NCBI GenBank assembly: GCA_002269645.1 | Contig: NIVC01001252.1 | Location: 124,001 to 188,000, forward strand | Source: Macrostomum lignano | Taxonomy: Eukaryota | DNA: 64,000 nt | Direction of reading: 5' to 3' | In this document: positions 61,495 to 64,000 of the stretch, piece by piece | Numbering within the stretch: position 1 is the first letter of the stretch | Layout of the letters: the number at the start of each line of letters is the position of its first letter | Made by a program: the position numbers and the translations under genes | Notes under the pieces: generated by a model | What the model was told of the DNA's origin: nothing | The model's input: only the letters and a program-made list of their open reading frames with translations | Database searches by the model: none

Positions 61495-61854
61495 GACTGC
61501 AGCAAACTGCTCAAACTATGGCAGTGGGCCAGGCCTGCGGACCTGAGAGGGCAGGCGGTGGGGGGGGGTGGCGGCTGGGGCCTCAGCTGTCTGGATGCCA
61601 CGCCTCTCAATTGTCAAGAGTCTGAATGTAACAGTTGCAGAATGGCACTGGGGCTGCAGTCAGCGGCTGGAAGAGCTTCACTGAGAGGCAGAAATTTGAC
61701 GGCGCGCAACAGACAATGGAGAGAGAAAAATAAAGTTGAGTCGCGCTCAAATCATCCCCTGCCAGCCTGGCTTGCTGTGCTTCTGTTCTGCCCGCTTTCA
61801 CTGACGGCTTTCACTGCAGAGTATTGATTTACTCAGCCTAGTCACGAATGGGCT

Positions 61855-62152
<298 letters not shown>

Positions 62153-63004
62153 GAGGGACTGAAAGCAGGTAGCGGGCAGTGGGCAGCTGCACAGGAAAGC
62201 GAAGTCATCGAGGCTACGCAGGGATGGCTGTGCAGCGGCGGTGTTTTGGGATCAGAAATCACAGCCAGTGGGGAGGGGGGATTGCAGTCAGCCGCCAGAG
62301 ATCCGGGAGAAGGCGGCCGCGCCAAGCCAGCTGCGGGCAACGGCAACGCACTGGGCGGGAAGCTGCACAGAAATAGAAACGATGGAGCTACTGGAATCGA
62401 ATCCGGGAAGCTGATGGGGGAGGGTAGGATGAAGGGGAAGGGAAACACTGGAAGTACGGCTGGCTGTTGCAAATTCTAATTAGCATTTCTGCCCAGAGAT
62501 TCACTGGCAACCCCGGGGGAGGGGGGGTGGCCAGCCATCCAACAAGAAAACATTGGGGCGACGGCTGGCGCAGCGCAAAAATCACGTCGCAAATGGTTAC
62601 GGGCAGGCGTGTCGTGTCGGCTTCAATAAAGAAATTGCGCGTATTGGAATGCGGCGCTATTTGGTTGACGCGGAGAGACACTGGCGGAGGTGGTCACGGG
62701 GACCCAGGTGTGACTTCCAGGACTTGAGGGTTAGGGGTGGGAAGAGGCTTATCTCTGCTGGATTTAGGTGAAAATAGTCTGCAGAGCTGCTGAACATGTC
62801 ATGATAGTGTTTATCTTGATAAGCATCCCATCTCCCTACCCAGGCAGTCATGAACAATATCTGGGAATAATTTCCTCTGCTGGTACCCGGCAATGACTGC
62901 TTCGAAATTGACTATTATAGGATCAGGAAATGTTAAAGGTGAGAAAATGGCTTGCATGGATAGAGAAGCTATGGATTAAGCTATGGATTAGATTGGATTG
63001 GATT

Positions 63005-63460
63005 GGGAGGCAGCGGCGCCCACTGGAGCCTCATGGGAGGCAGCGGCGCCCGCTGAAGCTCCGTGGGAGGCAGCGGCGCCCACTGGAGCCTCATGGGAAA
63101 CAGCGGCTAGCGGCGCCCACTGAAGCTCCGTGGGAGGCAGCGGCGCCCGCTGAAGCTCCGTGGGAGGCAGCGGCGCCCACTGAAGCTCCGTGGGAGGCAG
63201 CGGCGCCCACTGGAGTCTCATTGGAAACAGCGGCTAGCGGCGCCCACTGAAGCTCCGTGGGAGGCAGCGGCGCCCCACTGAAGCTCCGTGGGAGGCAGCG
63301 GCGCCCTGCTGAAGCTCCGTGGGAGGCAGCGGCGCCCGCTGAAGCTCCGTGGGAGGCAGCGGCTAGCGGCGCCCCGCTGAAGCTCCGTGGGAGGCAGCGG
63401 CTAGCGGCGCCCCGCTGAAGCTTTGTGGGAGGCAGCGGCGCCCGCTGAAGCTCCGTGGAA
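63005..63460. repeat. 30-bp GC-rich minisatellite GGCAGCGGCGCCCACTGAAGCTCCGTGGGA
   Basis: About 15 copies upstream of TRPC. Confidence 0.9.
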
Positions 63461-64000
63461 GGTCCCCCTAACTGAGCAAAGCATTACCTGGACCAGCGCT
63501 CGAGCGCATCAACTCAGAGCGACAGGAGTAAAGTCAGCAACAGACTGGCATGCCTCCTTGATCTGAACTCGGTAGTCCTCTCCGGCTGTCCTCTCGTCCT
63601 TGCCAATAACTCGATATTGATTGACTGACAGTTTTATAATGACGATCCCGATCCGCCTTGGCCAACGTCTTCTGTCTCTAGCTCTCTCTCTCTCTCTCTT
63701 GGTCTCTCTTACTCTCTTTTTCAACTATACGCTTAATCGTCTCTTATTCGTTCCTATATTATACTGTCTAGTGGCGGGCCAAATCCCCTCTAAAGCTTTT
63801 TGTCTCTTTGGAAATTTTTAGCCGCTGCTGCTGACTCGCCTTGGCAAAGAACGGGCGCAGCTGCCCCTCCCGCTCTCTCTCTCTCTCTTCGCTGATCTGT
63901 GCACCCCGACGCACAAGGGTGGGTTGGTCAGTGTTGGCGACCAATGGCAAATCTGGACTGCAATACGGTAACCTCATTGGCTTACTATTCACTGTTTTAG

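Overview
Eukaryotic (invertebrate metazoan) genomic DNA. The GC-rich exons and minisatellite-packed introns resemble free-living flatworm genomes such as Macrostomum; this assignment is inference only. Four spliced genes can be reconstructed by hand with consistent exon phases. (1) A 7-cadherin-repeat delta-type protocadherin (+, 14093-20913, 5 exons, ~1143 aa). (2) An EPHX3/4-like epoxide hydrolase (+, 22353-28244, 5 exons, 361 aa, one GC-AG intron). (3) A TRPC/TRPgamma-like channel (-, 61494-29746, 11 exons, ~1028 aa). (4) A small Notch-ligand-like gene nested antisense in the TRPC pore/S6 intron (+, 35458-39645, 7 exons, ~404 aa): signal peptide, C2/MNNL-like domain, DSL-like domain, TM, and no EGF repeats. 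Exons 2-7 of this nested gene are bracketed by two inverted copies of one 41-bp minisatellite. Mobile elements are an apparently intact Chapaev-like (Transib/RAG1-related fold) DNA transposon (51345-54550; 125-bp TIRs, 4-bp TSD, 680-aa ORF), a 698-bp foldback MITE with an 8-bp TSD (23528-24225), and a tRNA-derived CORE-like SINE (~48860-49117). About 30 distinct tandem-repeat arrays account for almost all long ORFs in the supplied track, and those ORFs are artefacts. No database searches were run, so family calls rest on recognised motifs.
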